DNA of 64,000 nt from an uncultured Kiritimatiellota bacterium (GTDB lineage: Bacteria; Verrucomicrobiota; Kiritimatiellia; RFP12; DVOR01): assembly GCA_944391085.1 (NCBI GenBank), contig CALXSE010000002.1:81929-145928 (forward strand), given 5' to 3'. Shown here in pieces: positions 9,406-18,235 of this stretch (the stretch's first letter is position 1; each line of letters starts with the position of its first letter). The notes beneath the pieces are model-generated. The model was not told the DNA's origin, made no database searches, and saw nothing but the letters and a program-made list of their open reading frames with translations. Made by a program: the position numbers and the translations under genes.

Positions 9406-10440
9406 TTACTTTGCCTCCAGGGCCTTGACCTTGGCCTCGAGATCGGCCACCTTTTTCTTGAGCTTGTCGACGAGGCGCGGGAGAAGGAGCCCCTCGGCGA
9501 ACTTGCGTTTGGGGATGGCGGGGGTACCGGCGACGTATTCGCCCTCCGGCACGTCCTCCTTGACGCCGGCCTGGGGGGCGACCTGCGCGCGCTCATGGAC
9601 GGTAAGGTGGCCCGAGACGCCGGCCTGCGACCAGATGAGGGCCCCGGACTCGATCTTGGCGCTGCCGGCGATGCCGGCCTGGGCGATGATGCCGACGAAG
9701 GGGGCGATCTGCACGTTGTGGCCGACCTGGACGAGGTTGTCGATCTTCACGCAGTCGCCCACGCGGGTACGGCCGAAGCGGGCGCGGTCGATGCAGGTGT
9801 TGGAGCCGATTTCGACGTCGTTGCCGATTTCGACGATGCCGACCTGCGGCACCTTGGTGATGACGGGGCCCTGCGCGCCGATTTCGACGGTGTAGCCATA
9901 GCCGTCGGTGCCGATCTTCACGCCGGCGTGAAGGATGACCCGGTCGCCGAGCACGCACGATTCGCGGATGTTCACCTGCGGGTAAAGGTGGCACCCTTTG
10001 CCGATGGCGACGTGCTGGGCGATGAAGACGAGGCCGTCGATGACGGTGCCGTCGCCAATCGTCACGCCATCCTCGATGACGGTGTAGGGGCCGATATAAA
10101 CCGCTTTGCCCAGGGTGACGCCCTCGCCGATGACGGCCGTGGCGTGGATGCCGGGTTCACGAACGACGGGCTTGGGGCCGAAGATGGGCGCGAGCGAGGC
10201 AAAGGCCTTGTTCGGCTCGTCCACGCGGATGAGCGTGGCGGGACAGTCGCCCGCGTAGTCGTGCGAGACGAGGACCGCCGTGGCCTTGGTGTCCTTCATC
10301 TGCGCGGCATACTTGGGGTTCGCGAGGAAGGAGACGTCCCCCTCACGGGCCTCCAGGAGGCTCGCCATCGCGGAAATCTCGGCTTCACCGTCGCCGGTGA
10401 ACGTACCATTGACGGCCTTTGCGACTTTACTCAGCTTCAT
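9406..10440 (-). CDS. lpxD: UDP-3-O-acylglucosamine N-acyltransferase
   Basis: SFLANPKY, hexapeptide repeats, IGTDGYGY, VPQVGIVEIGNDVEIGSNTCIDR, KIDNLVQVGHNV; start MKLSKVA. Confidence 0.95.
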   Translation of the reverse strand: MKLSKVAKAVNGTFTGDGEAEISAMASLLEAREGDVSFLANPKYAAQMKDTKATAVLVSHDYAGDCPATLIRVDEPNKAFASLAPIFGPKPVVREPGIHATAVIGEGVTLGKAVYIGPYTVIEDGVTIGDGTVIDGLVFIAQHVAIGKGCHLYPQVNIRESCVLGDRVILHAGVKIGTDGYGYTVEIGAQGPVITKVPQVGIVEIGNDVEIGSNTCIDRARFGRTRVGDCVKIDNLVQVGHNVQIAPFVGIIAQAGIAGSAKIESGALIWSQAGVSGHLTVHERAQVAPQAGVKEDVPEGEYVAGTPAIPKRKFAEGLLLPRLVDKLKKKVADLEAKVKALEAK

Positions 10441-12181
10441 GCGCGGGCTCCTCCGGTTGTGCGGGGGTGGACGCCTCGGCGATGGGCGCAGGGGCCTCGC
10501 CGACGGCCTCAGGAACGGCATCGGGCGTTCCCGCCGGGGCTTGGGGCTCCACGGCAGACTCGGGCTCCACGGTCGGCTCCTCGGCGGCGGGGGCGGCACC
10601 TTGGGTCGGGGGTTCCGTCGCGGGCTCCTCGGCGGCGGGGGAGGCATCTTGGGACGGGGGTTCCGTCGCGGGCTCTTCGGCGGAAGCCTCGGGGTGGGGC
10701 TCGCCTTCCTTGGGCTCGCGCCTCATCTCCTCGGGGAGCTTGCGGAACTTGGGGAAGTCCTCGGGCAGGGCCAGGACGCCGTTGTAGTACTCCACGATAT
10801 GGCCCTTCTGGAAGAGGAAGGCGATCTGGCGCGCGATGACGGCGATGTCCATGTCCGCAAGCTCGGCCTTGAGCGCGGAGAGGAGCTCGGTGCGGGTGCA
10901 GAGCGGATGGGCGGCCACATAATCGAGGGCGGACTTGATTTCGCGCACGGCGTGCTCGGCGGTGAAGGGCGCGAGGGCGACGTTGGCGACGAACTCCGGG
11001 CCGCGCGCGTCGTTCCCGCGGAAGAGCGAGAACTTACGGTGGCGGAAAGCTCCGCGCAGGGCGAAGAAGAGGGAGCGCGGGTAGCGCTGCTCGTCGCGAA
11101 GAGTGTATTTCAGGAGCAGGCGCAACGGCAGGGAGGGCGAGGTCTGCGCGAGCGTGACGGGCAGACAGACATGCTTGGCCGAGCCGATGAGCTTGGGCAG
11201 GATGTCGCGGCGGAAGATGGCCTCGGCCTGGTCGCGGTTGTACGCGGGGGATTGCCCCGCGGGGGCCTCGGCCTCGGGGGGCGGCTCGGACGCGGCCTCA
11301 CCCTCGGCGGGGACGGGCTCGGCGGGCTTCTCCTCGGGGGCGGGGGCGACGGGCTGCACCTTCAGCCGATAGACGGTCTGGGTGGTGACGGATTGCTTCC
11401 AGGCCTCGATCGATTCGGGGTCGGTGTGCATCTCAAGGGTCTTGAGATAGTCGCGCTCAGAGAGCTTGGCACGGGCGGCGAGCTCAGCCACGCGGTGACG
11501 GTAGCTGTGGTGGTTGGGCGCGCCGACCCATTCGCCGGAGAGGGTGCACTTGGCCACGCGCGGGAAGTTGCCGGAAGGCGGGTCGCACGGTTCCTCGGCC
11601 ACGTCGAACCAGTCGCTGAGGTGGCTGGCCAGCAGGTGCTGGGCGATCTCCGCCTCGGAAAGGGCCACGAGCCCGCAGGTCTTGCACGTCCAGAAGCGCA
11701 CGTCGGTCTCGGGCTTGGCCTCGAATCGCACCAGGCAGGCCTGGGGGTTCTCAAGGAAGAGGTTGACGAACTTCTTGACGGGGAAGGCGACGTGGGTGCC
11801 TTGAAGCGTCTTGATGATGACGCCCAGGTTCTTCTGATTGGGAAGGATGCGGATCTCGGCGTCGAGCGGCTTCACGGGCTCGCGGCGCTCGAAAGGACGG
11901 GAACCCTCGCGGCGGGGGCGGCGCTCGCCTTCTGGGCGGTCACGGCGGGGGCCGCGGTCGGCGCGCTCGGGCCGATCGCCGTTGCGGTCGCGGCGGGGCG
12001 GGCGGCGGTCGCCGTCAATCCCGCGGCGCGGCGGGCGATCTCGGCGGGGGCGTTCCTCGCGGCCGGTGCGCTCGTCGTAATTCTTGCCCTGGTAGCGGCT
12101 GACGTAATCCTCGGCGGAACCGCGGGCCCAGGCGGGGGCGAAGTCGAAGCCGAAGGTCTCGGGGGTCTCTGCGTCGCTCAT
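10427..12181 (-). CDS. Hypothetical protein with Arg-rich N-terminus, C2H2-like motif and acidic Pro-rich tail
   Basis: 584-aa ORF with SD (AAGGAG) between the aconitase and lpxD; host-like codon usage. Confidence 0.8.
   Translation of the reverse strand: MSDAETPETFGFDFAPAWARGSAEDYVSRYQGKNYDERTGREERPRRDRPPRRGIDGDRRPPRRDRNGDRPERADRGPRRDRPEGERRPRREGSRPFERREPVKPLDAEIRILPNQKNLGVIIKTLQGTHVAFPVKKFVNLFLENPQACLVRFEAKPETDVRFWTCKTCGLVALSEAEIAQHLLASHLSDWFDVAEEPCDPPSGNFPRVAKCTLSGEWVGAPNHHSYRHRVAELAARAKLSERDYLKTLEMHTDPESIEAWKQSVTTQTVYRLKVQPVAPAPEEKPAEPVPAEGEAASEPPPEAEAPAGQSPAYNRDQAEAIFRRDILPKLIGSAKHVCLPVTLAQTSPSLPLRLLLKYTLRDEQRYPRSLFFALRGAFRHRKFSLFRGNDARGPEFVANVALAPFTAEHAVREIKSALDYVAAHPLCTRTELLSALKAELADMDIAVIARQIAFLFQKGHIVEYYNGVLALPEDFPKFRKLPEEMRREPKEGEPHPEASAEEPATEPPSQDASPAAEEPATEPPTQGAAPAAEEPTVEPESAVEPQAPAGTPDAVPEAVGEAPAPIAEASTPAQPEEPAHEAE
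10575..10683 (-). repeat. 48-nt in-frame tandem repeat (about 2.3 copies) encoding AEEPATEPP...
   Basis: ggctcctcggcggcgggg...gggggttccgtcgcg unit repeated with few substitutions. Confidence 0.75.
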
Positions 12182-12195
12182 CGTGCGTCGCTCCT

Positions 12196-14127
12196 TTAGG
12201 CCTGGCCCTGGGCGACGGCGGCCAAAAGCCCGCCGGCAAGGATCAGGCGTTTCTGACGGTCGGACAGCTCGGTCGTCACGTCGAACGTGTTGTTGTTGGA
12301 AAGGTCTCTCACCGTCGCGCGGCCGGTCTCGACGGCCTGGCGCAAACCCTCGATGACAAGCGCGTCGCCCTGCGAAACACGCTCGTAATCCGCCGGGTCG
12401 GCGAAGACGAAGGGGACGATGCCGAAATTGATGAGGTTGGCGCGATGGATACGCTCAATGGATTTGGCGATGACGGCGCGCACGCCCAAATACATGGGGC
12501 AGAGGGCGGCGTGTTCGCGCGAGGAGCCCTGGCCGTAGCTTTCGCCGGCGACGATGACGTTGGCCTTGCCGGCGTCGCGGTTGGCCGAGGCGGCGGCGTA
12601 GAAGCCCGGGTCGGTGTGCTCGAAGACGTACTTGGCGTATTCGGGGATGTTCGAGCGGTATTTGAGGCGCGCGCCGGCGGGCATGATATGGTCGGTGGTG
12701 ATCTTGTCGCCCACCTTGATGGCGGCCACGCCGTCGAGGCGCTCGGGGAGCGGCCGGCCGGGGGGCACCTGGCCGATGTTGGGGCCGCGCACGATGGGCG
12801 TTCCCGCGACGCCCGCGCCGGCGGTTTCGCGGTAGAGGAACATCCCGTCGTCAATGGTGAAGTGCTCGGGCAGGGACACGGCGGGCACGGCGAGCGCGCG
12901 CGGGTCGGCGAAGGCGCCGGCGAGCGCGGAGGCCGCGGCGGTCTCGGGGGAGACGAGGTAGACCTTGGCCGATTGGGTGCCGGAACGCCCCTCGAAGTTA
13001 CGGTTGCTGGTGCGCAGGCAGACGGCGTCGGTGCTCGGGCTCATGTGCGCGCCGATGCAGAAGCCGCAGGCGTTCTCGAGGATGCGGCAGCCGGCGGCGA
13101 TGAGGTCGCTCAGCAGCCCTTCGTCGGCGAGCATCCGGACGACCTGCTTGGAGCCGCAGGCGATGCCGACCTCGACGTCGGGATGGACCTGCTTGCCCTT
13201 GAGGAGCAGCGCCACGGTCTTGATGTCGCGATACGACGAGTTGGTGCAGGAACCGATCATGATCTGGTTCACGCGCTGGCCCACATGCTCGGCGATGGTC
13301 TCGACGTTGCCGGGGTTGTGCGGCGCGGCGGCGAGGGGCTCGACGGTGGAGAGGTCGAGCGCCCAGGTCTCGTCGTAGGTCTCGTCATCCGCGGTGAGCG
13401 GCGCCCAATCCTGCTCGCGGCCCTGGGCCTTGAGGAAGGCGCGGGTGACGTCGTCGGAGGGGAAGACGGAGGTGGTGACGCCAAGCTCGGCGCCCATGTT
13501 CGCGATGGTCGCGCGGCTGGGCACGTCGAGCGCGGCCAACCCGGGGCCGTAATACTCAAAGACCTTGCCGACGTTGCCCTTGGAGCCAAAGCGGCGGAGC
13601 ACGGCGAGGATGACGTCCTTGGCCGAGACGCCGGGCTGCAGACGGCCCGTCAGGCGGATGCCGACGACTTTCGGCCAGGCGATATAATAGGGCCCGCCGC
13701 CCATCGCCACAGCCACGTCGATGCCGCCCGCGCCGATGGCCACCATGCCGATGCCGCCACCCGTGGGCGTGTGCGAGTCCGAGCCGATGAGCGTCTTGCC
13801 GGGCTTGCCGAAGCGCTCCAGGTGGAGCTGATGGCAGATCCCGTTGCCGGGCTTGGAATAGACGATGCCGAACCGCTTCGCGACGCTCTGGAGATAATCG
13901 TGGTCGTCGGCGTTCTCGAACCCGATCTGCACCGTGTTGTGGTCGACGTAGCTGACGGAAAGCTCGGTCTTCACCCGGTCGATGCCCATGCTCTCAAACT
14001 GCAGGTAGGCCATCGTACCGGTGGCGTCCTGCGTCAGGGTCTGATCGATGCGGATGCCCACCTCATTGCCCACGACGGGCTCGCCGGAAACCAAATGCGC
14101 GCGAAGGATTTTTTCGGTGACGTTCAT
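12196..14127 (-). CDS. Aconitate hydratase (short, about 640-aa single-chain type)
   Basis: QDATG, DHN, GICHQ, DSHT, IGSCTNSS, CGFCIG, RNFEGR, TTDHI, GSSREHAA. Confidence 0.92.
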   Translation of the reverse strand: MNVTEKILRAHLVSGEPVVGNEVGIRIDQTLTQDATGTMAYLQFESMGIDRVKTELSVSYVDHNTVQIGFENADDHDYLQSVAKRFGIVYSKPGNGICHQLHLERFGKPGKTLIGSDSHTPTGGGIGMVAIGAGGIDVAVAMGGGPYYIAWPKVVGIRLTGRLQPGVSAKDVILAVLRRFGSKGNVGKVFEYYGPGLAALDVPSRATIANMGAELGVTTSVFPSDDVTRAFLKAQGREQDWAPLTADDETYDETWALDLSTVEPLAAAPHNPGNVETIAEHVGQRVNQIMIGSCTNSSYRDIKTVALLLKGKQVHPDVEVGIACGSKQVVRMLADEGLLSDLIAAGCRILENACGFCIGAHMSPSTDAVCLRTSNRNFEGRSGTQSAKVYLVSPETAAASALAGAFADPRALAVPAVSLPEHFTIDDGMFLYRETAGAGVAGTPIVRGPNIGQVPPGRPLPERLDGVAAIKVGDKITTDHIMPAGARLKYRSNIPEYAKYVFEHTDPGFYAAASANRDAGKANVIVAGESYGQGSSREHAALCPMYLGVRAVIAKSIERIHRANLINFGIVPFVFADPADYERVSQGDALVIEGLRQAVETGRATVRDLSNNNTFDVTTELSDRQKRLILAGGLLAAVAQGQA

Positions 14128-14143
14128 GCTCGGATGTCTCGGA

Positions 14144-14944
14144 TTAGGCGGCCTGCTTGGCCAACCAACGACGCTTGATGGCGAACCAGAAGGGCGCCAC
14201 GTAGATGAAAAACAGGGTCACGGGAACCAGATAACAGCAGCACACCACCGCCGTCTTAGGCCCAATGAAGAGTCCCAGGAAGGCCAGCACCCCGATGAAC
14301 TGCCCAATCGGCGTGTTCGTCGGCTTCGGGTACTTGAAGGGCGACACCTGCAGGAGCAGGCAGATGACGCAATTCGCGTACATCACCCACGCCAACCACC
14401 CGCCGGCCTGCAGATCCAGCCATGCCGGGGCCACGTCATAGCCCTTCTCCAACGCCTCGATGAGCAGGACGATGCCCGCCAGGCAAAGCGCGTTCACCGT
14501 GATGGGCATCCCCGTGTAGCCGCTCATGCCGTGATCCTCGTCCACCACCTTGAAGCGCGCCAGGCGAATGGCCCCGGAGAGGACGATTGCGATGGACAGG
14601 AGGGCCCCCACCGGATGGAGCGTCGGCGCCGGTGCCGAGAAGTCGTGGAAGAGATAGAAGTACATCAGCATCGCCGGCGCGATGCCGAAGGCCGTGATGT
14701 CCACGAAGGTGTCGAACTCCGCGCCGAAGGCCGTCGAGGCCTTCAGCATCCGTGCCATCGTGCCGTCGATGCCGTCGAGGATCATCGCACCGAGGATGAG
14801 GAGCGCGCCCCAATAAAAGTCGCCCATCGCGGAGCAGAGCACGCTCATCAGACCGCAGACCAAGGCGCCAGAGGTGATGGAGTTCACGAACCCCACGCGG
14901 TTGGCGTGCGCCGAGGGGCGCTTCATCTTCATCATCTTTCTCAT
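14144..14944 (-). CDS. pssA: CDP-diacylglycerol--serine O-phosphatidyltransferase
   Basis: DGIDGTMAR...FGAEFDTFVDITAFGIAPA, RLARF, GMP; adjacent to psd. Confidence 0.88.
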   Translation of the reverse strand: MRKMMKMKRPSAHANRVGFVNSITSGALVCGLMSVLCSAMGDFYWGALLILGAMILDGIDGTMARMLKASTAFGAEFDTFVDITAFGIAPAMLMYFYLFHDFSAPAPTLHPVGALLSIAIVLSGAIRLARFKVVDEDHGMSGYTGMPITVNALCLAGIVLLIEALEKGYDVAPAWLDLQAGGWLAWVMYANCVICLLLQVSPFKYPKPTNTPIGQFIGVLAFLGLFIGPKTAVVCCCYLVPVTLFFIYVAPFWFAIKRRWLAKQAA

Positions 14945-14948
14945 GGCG

Positions 14949-15668
14949 TCACTTCCGCTTCGCGATGACCGTCTCGCCCGCGCGCACCGGGTCGCCCGGC
15001 TTCACGCAGACCTCCACGCGGTCGGCCGGCAGCCAGATGTCCATGCGGCTGCCGAACTTCATCATCCCCAGGATCCCCCCGCGCCTCACCGGCTGCCCCT
15101 CCTCCAGCCAATAGATCACGCGCCGCACGATGGGCCCCGTGATCTGCTTATGCAGGCACCGCAACCCGTCCTTGTCCTCCACCAGGACGATGGAATGCTG
15201 GTTGTAAAGGCTCGAGCGCTCGTCCATCGTCAGCAGATGCTTCCCGTGGCGATACTCGCACCGCTTCACCACCCCCCCGATGGAAAGCCGGTTCACGTGC
15301 ACATGCAGGGGCGAGAGGAAGGTCGAGATCCGCACCGCCCGCTCCCCGGGGAAGAACTCCTTGGCCACCGCGCTCGCCGGCGACCCGTCGTCCTCCGTCA
15401 CGAACTGCACCGAGCGCACCGTCCCCTCCGCGCCCGAGACGATGTTCTCCTCCCCCGCCGGCGGCACACGCCGCGGGTTCCGGAAAAACCACGCCATGAA
15501 CGCCGAGAAGACCACGCACAGCGCCAGCCACGCCGTCGCCACCCACGGCAACCCCAGGACGGGACAAAGGACGCATCCCCCGCCGACGCCCAACACCAAC
15601 GGCGTCAGAATCAACGGCCACCCATTACGGATGATGGCCTCGCCCTCACGTCTCTCATTCTCGTACAT
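14949..15668 (-). CDS. psd: Phosphatidylserine decarboxylase proenzyme
   Basis: FFRNPRR, FLSPLHVHVNR and the GMMKFGSRMD self-cleavage motif; start MYENERR. Confidence 0.92.
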   Translation of the reverse strand: MYENERREGEAIIRNGWPLILTPLVLGVGGGCVLCPVLGLPWVATAWLALCVVFSAFMAWFFRNPRRVPPAGEENIVSGAEGTVRSVQFVTEDDGSPASAVAKEFFPGERAVRISTFLSPLHVHVNRLSIGGVVKRCEYRHGKHLLTMDERSSLYNQHSIVLVEDKDGLRCLHKQITGPIVRRVIYWLEEGQPVRRGGILGMMKFGSRMDIWLPADRVEVCVKPGDPVRAGETVIAKRK

Positions 15669-15712
15669 TGAACAATCCTTCTCTCTCAGGGCACCTCTGC
15701 CCAACAGCCTTC

Positions 15713-15721
15713 ATGATACCA
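15713..15721 (-). promoter_or_regulatory. Extended -10 promoter (TGGTATCAT) for the psd-pssA-aconitase-lpxD-aroC run
   Basis: Same TGnTAnnnT motif as other promoters in the window. Confidence 0.5.
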
Positions 15722-15802
15722 AAACCCGCCCCACTCTGCCAAACAACGTCGGGCTCGCTTGTCGCAAAGTCCCCGACAATCCTCCTAAAACAGGCAGGCG
15801 GG

Positions 15803-15885
15803 AAACCCATAAGGGTCGGCGGCCAACCCTTATAAGGATGCGAGGCAAGACCTTTAAGGGGCGGCACCTGACCCTTCTAGGGCTC
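15803..15885. repeat. Four short quasi-palindromic boxes ACC(C/T)...A(A)GG at about 22-nt period
   Basis: acccataaggg (15805), acccttataagg (15826), acctttaagggg (15850), acccttctaggg (15871). Confidence 0.5.
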
Positions 15886-16048
15886 GCCGGGTTCGCTTAT
15901 GCCCGCTTCGTTTTGCTTTCCCAAGGGTTCTGACTTCCCCATGGCCACCCCGGTAGCGATTCTCCACACGGCCCCTTGCAACACCATCATAAAAAGAGAA
16001 GGCACTCCCGCGCGTGGAACGTTTTATGCGCTTGACACATGCACGGTA

Positions 16049-16057
16049 TGATATAAT
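16049..16057 (+). promoter_or_regulatory. Extended -10 promoter TGATATAAT, leaderless arrangement
   Basis: Perfect TATAAT with TG, 6 nt before the ATG at 16064; no SD. Confidence 0.65.
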
Positions 16058-16063
16058 AAGCGT

Positions 16064-17686
16064 ATGAAAAAGTTCATCGCTTTCTTTCTCTTCTGCGTGG
16101 CAGCATTTTCTGAAGCGGCGCCGATCAAGGTGGCGTGCATTGGAGACTCAATCACGTATGGCACGGGTTTGACAGACCGTGCCTCGGAGGCGTATCCGGC
16201 GCAGTTGCAGACAATCCTAGGTGTGAATTACGAGGTGCGGAACTTTGGCAATCCCGGCCGTGGCGTCTACTTGCACACGATGCGGGGGCAGGAACGGCGA
16301 GGGTTTCGTTTCATGCCTGAGCACCAAGCCGCGCTGGCCTGGCAACCGGACATCGTGATTTGTAACTTGGGCATCAACGATTGCGGCGCCTTCCTGAAAA
16401 CAGAGGCGGAGCGCCCCGGCACCTTCTGTGACGATTATCTCTCCCTGCTCGGCGACTACCAATCCCTGCCGAGCCAGCCGCGCCTCTATTTGTGGGGCAA
16501 ACTTGCGCCACTCGTACCAGGCCAGACCTTCTGGCGCAGTCCGGAACCCTTCCTCATGCAGGCGGCCCTCGCCGAGGTTGCCGCCCGTAGCGGCGCCACG
16601 CCCATCGATATGGAGACGCCTCTTTTATCCCTCTGTCCCAACCATTTCCCAGACAAGATTCATCCTGATGCCACGGCTACACGCGCCATCGCCGAGGCTA
16701 CCGCACGGGCGTTGAACCCGCCTCCGTCCGACACGCAGGCACCCACGCATCGCCCCCATACTGCCTCTGGATGGGCAAAGCCACGCCCCGCACCCCCCGT
16801 TGCGTTTCCGCCCGATATTGCCGGACACTGCGAGACGTGGCTCTGCGCCGGTCAATCCAACATGTTTTGGCCGCTCGCACGGTGTGCGGGGGCAGAGGCC
16901 GAGGCCGCAGAGACCGCCCAGCACGACATCCGCCTGTGGGACTTCGTGACCGGCCAATGGCGCCGCCTCACTCCGGCCAACGCCAAAGAGTGGAGTGCGT
17001 TGGCCGTTTCCTTCGCCAACCGACGCGCACGCGCCTCGGGCAAACCCATCGCCATCCTGTTGGTCGATGTCGGCGGTGCGCCCACCGAGGCTTTCCTCCC
17101 CGCCTGGGAAATGGCGCGCCACCCCACCCTCCTCGCAATCCTGGCCAACCGTGCGCCGCTCGACCGTAACCCGGACTTCCCCGACTCTTGGGTCAAGGCC
17201 GTTTACCGCGAGCGCCTCGGCCACGAAGCCGACGGTTGGCGCCCCGGCGCGCTATGGGACAATGGCATCGCCCGAACCCGCCACCTCCCTCTCACCGGCG
17301 TCCTGTGGTACCAAGGCGAGTCCAACGCCTCCATGGCCATCGACGGCCACCCCGACGCCCCCCTTCCCGAGGCCTACATGGAGGAAACCCTCCGCGCCGC
17401 CATCACCGCCCTCCGCCCTACCCCGGAGACACCTTTTCTGATGATGGGCCTGCCATCGATGAACCGCCCATGGGGCCCCTACCGCGCCCTCCAGCGAAAA
17501 GTCTGCGCCGAGACCGGTGCCACGTACCTAGACACTTTTTCCGCCGGCCTCGGTGACCCCTCGAACGTCCATCCAGCCGACAAGCGCCCCTTTGCGGAGA
17601 TGGCCTCCGACGCCTTCGAACGCGCGCACTCCTTGAAAGGACGCCCCGCCAACGCAACGCTTCGCGGTCATGCCTCGTCTCCTTAA
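16064..17686 (+). CDS. Exported GDSL/SGNH esterase fused to a sialate O-acetylesterase (SASA) domain
   Basis: Signal peptide; IGDSITYG, LGIND, DKIHP (SGNH); second domain AGQSNM, WYQGESNA, NVHP. Confidence 0.88.
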   Translation: MKKFIAFFLFCVAAFSEAAPIKVACIGDSITYGTGLTDRASEAYPAQLQTILGVNYEVRNFGNPGRGVYLHTMRGQERRGFRFMPEHQAALAWQPDIVICNLGINDCGAFLKTEAERPGTFCDDYLSLLGDYQSLPSQPRLYLWGKLAPLVPGQTFWRSPEPFLMQAALAEVAARSGATPIDMETPLLSLCPNHFPDKIHPDATATRAIAEATARALNPPPSDTQAPTHRPHTASGWAKPRPAPPVAFPPDIAGHCETWLCAGQSNMFWPLARCAGAEAEAAETAQHDIRLWDFVTGQWRRLTPANAKEWSALAVSFANRRARASGKPIAILLVDVGGAPTEAFLPAWEMARHPTLLAILANRAPLDRNPDFPDSWVKAVYRERLGHEADGWRPGALWDNGIARTRHLPLTGVLWYQGESNASMAIDGHPDAPLPEAYMEETLRAAITALRPTPETPFLMMGLPSMNRPWGPYRALQRKVCAETGATYLDTFSAGLGDPSNVHPADKRPFAEMASDAFERAHSLKGRPANATLRGHASSP

Positions 17687-17720
17687 CCATTTGACTCGCA
17701 AACGGACGTTGGCGGAGTCC

Positions 17721-17969
17721 TCAAAGATAAGGGGAGAAGTCTTTTGGGAAAGGCGCTTGAAGGTCGAGTGGGTGGCCGGTAATGGGGTGATTGAGGCAAA
17801 GACGCCTGGCATGGAGGAGTTGGCGGGCGGGCGGATAGGGAAGGCGCCGGTCAAGGGCAGGCTTGCCATAAAGTGCATCGCCGACGATGGGGGTGCCAAG
17901 GGAGGCGAGATGAACACGGATTTGGTGGGTGCGCCCGGTCTCAATGTCGCATTCTACACGAGCAACCCC
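17721..17969 (-). pseudogene. C-terminal remnant of an RluA/RluD-family pseudouridine synthase
   Basis: ETGRTHQIRVHLASLGTPIVGDALYG...RQLLHA; N-terminal part, including the catalytic HRLD motif, is absent. Confidence 0.85.
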
Positions 17970-18082
17970 AAGACGGGACAAAGGACGCATCCCCCGCCGA
18001 CGCCCAACACCAGGGGCACCACAATCAGCGCCCACCCGTTGCGGATGATCGCCTCGCTCTCGCGTCTTTCATTCTCGTACAT
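17954..18082 (-). pseudogene. Truncated duplicate of the psd 5' end (42 codons then TAG)
   Basis: 17962-18082 aligns without gaps to 15548-15668 with 14 mismatches in 121 nt; encodes MYENERRESEAIIRNGW... Confidence 0.85.
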
Positions 18083-18235
18083 CGCAGAACCGTCCTTGTC
18101 CTTCGGGCATCGCGCCCAATTCCCTCATATAGTAGCAAAACCTCGCCAACCGTGCAGAACCCCGCAACGGCGAGGCGACCGCCCGCCGTCCCGCTGGCCG
18201 CCACGCCGCGCCCCGGATGCCGCCCTGTCCGCCCC

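Noticed and set aside
15803-15885. Possible mini-CRISPR array
   Set aside because: Repeats are about 11 nt and degenerate, linkers about 10 nt, and no cas genes are present.
16032-16037. Perfect TTGACA upstream of the esterase
   Set aside because: Only 14 nt from the TATAAT, too short for a sigma70 -35/-10 pair; the extended -10 is sufficient.
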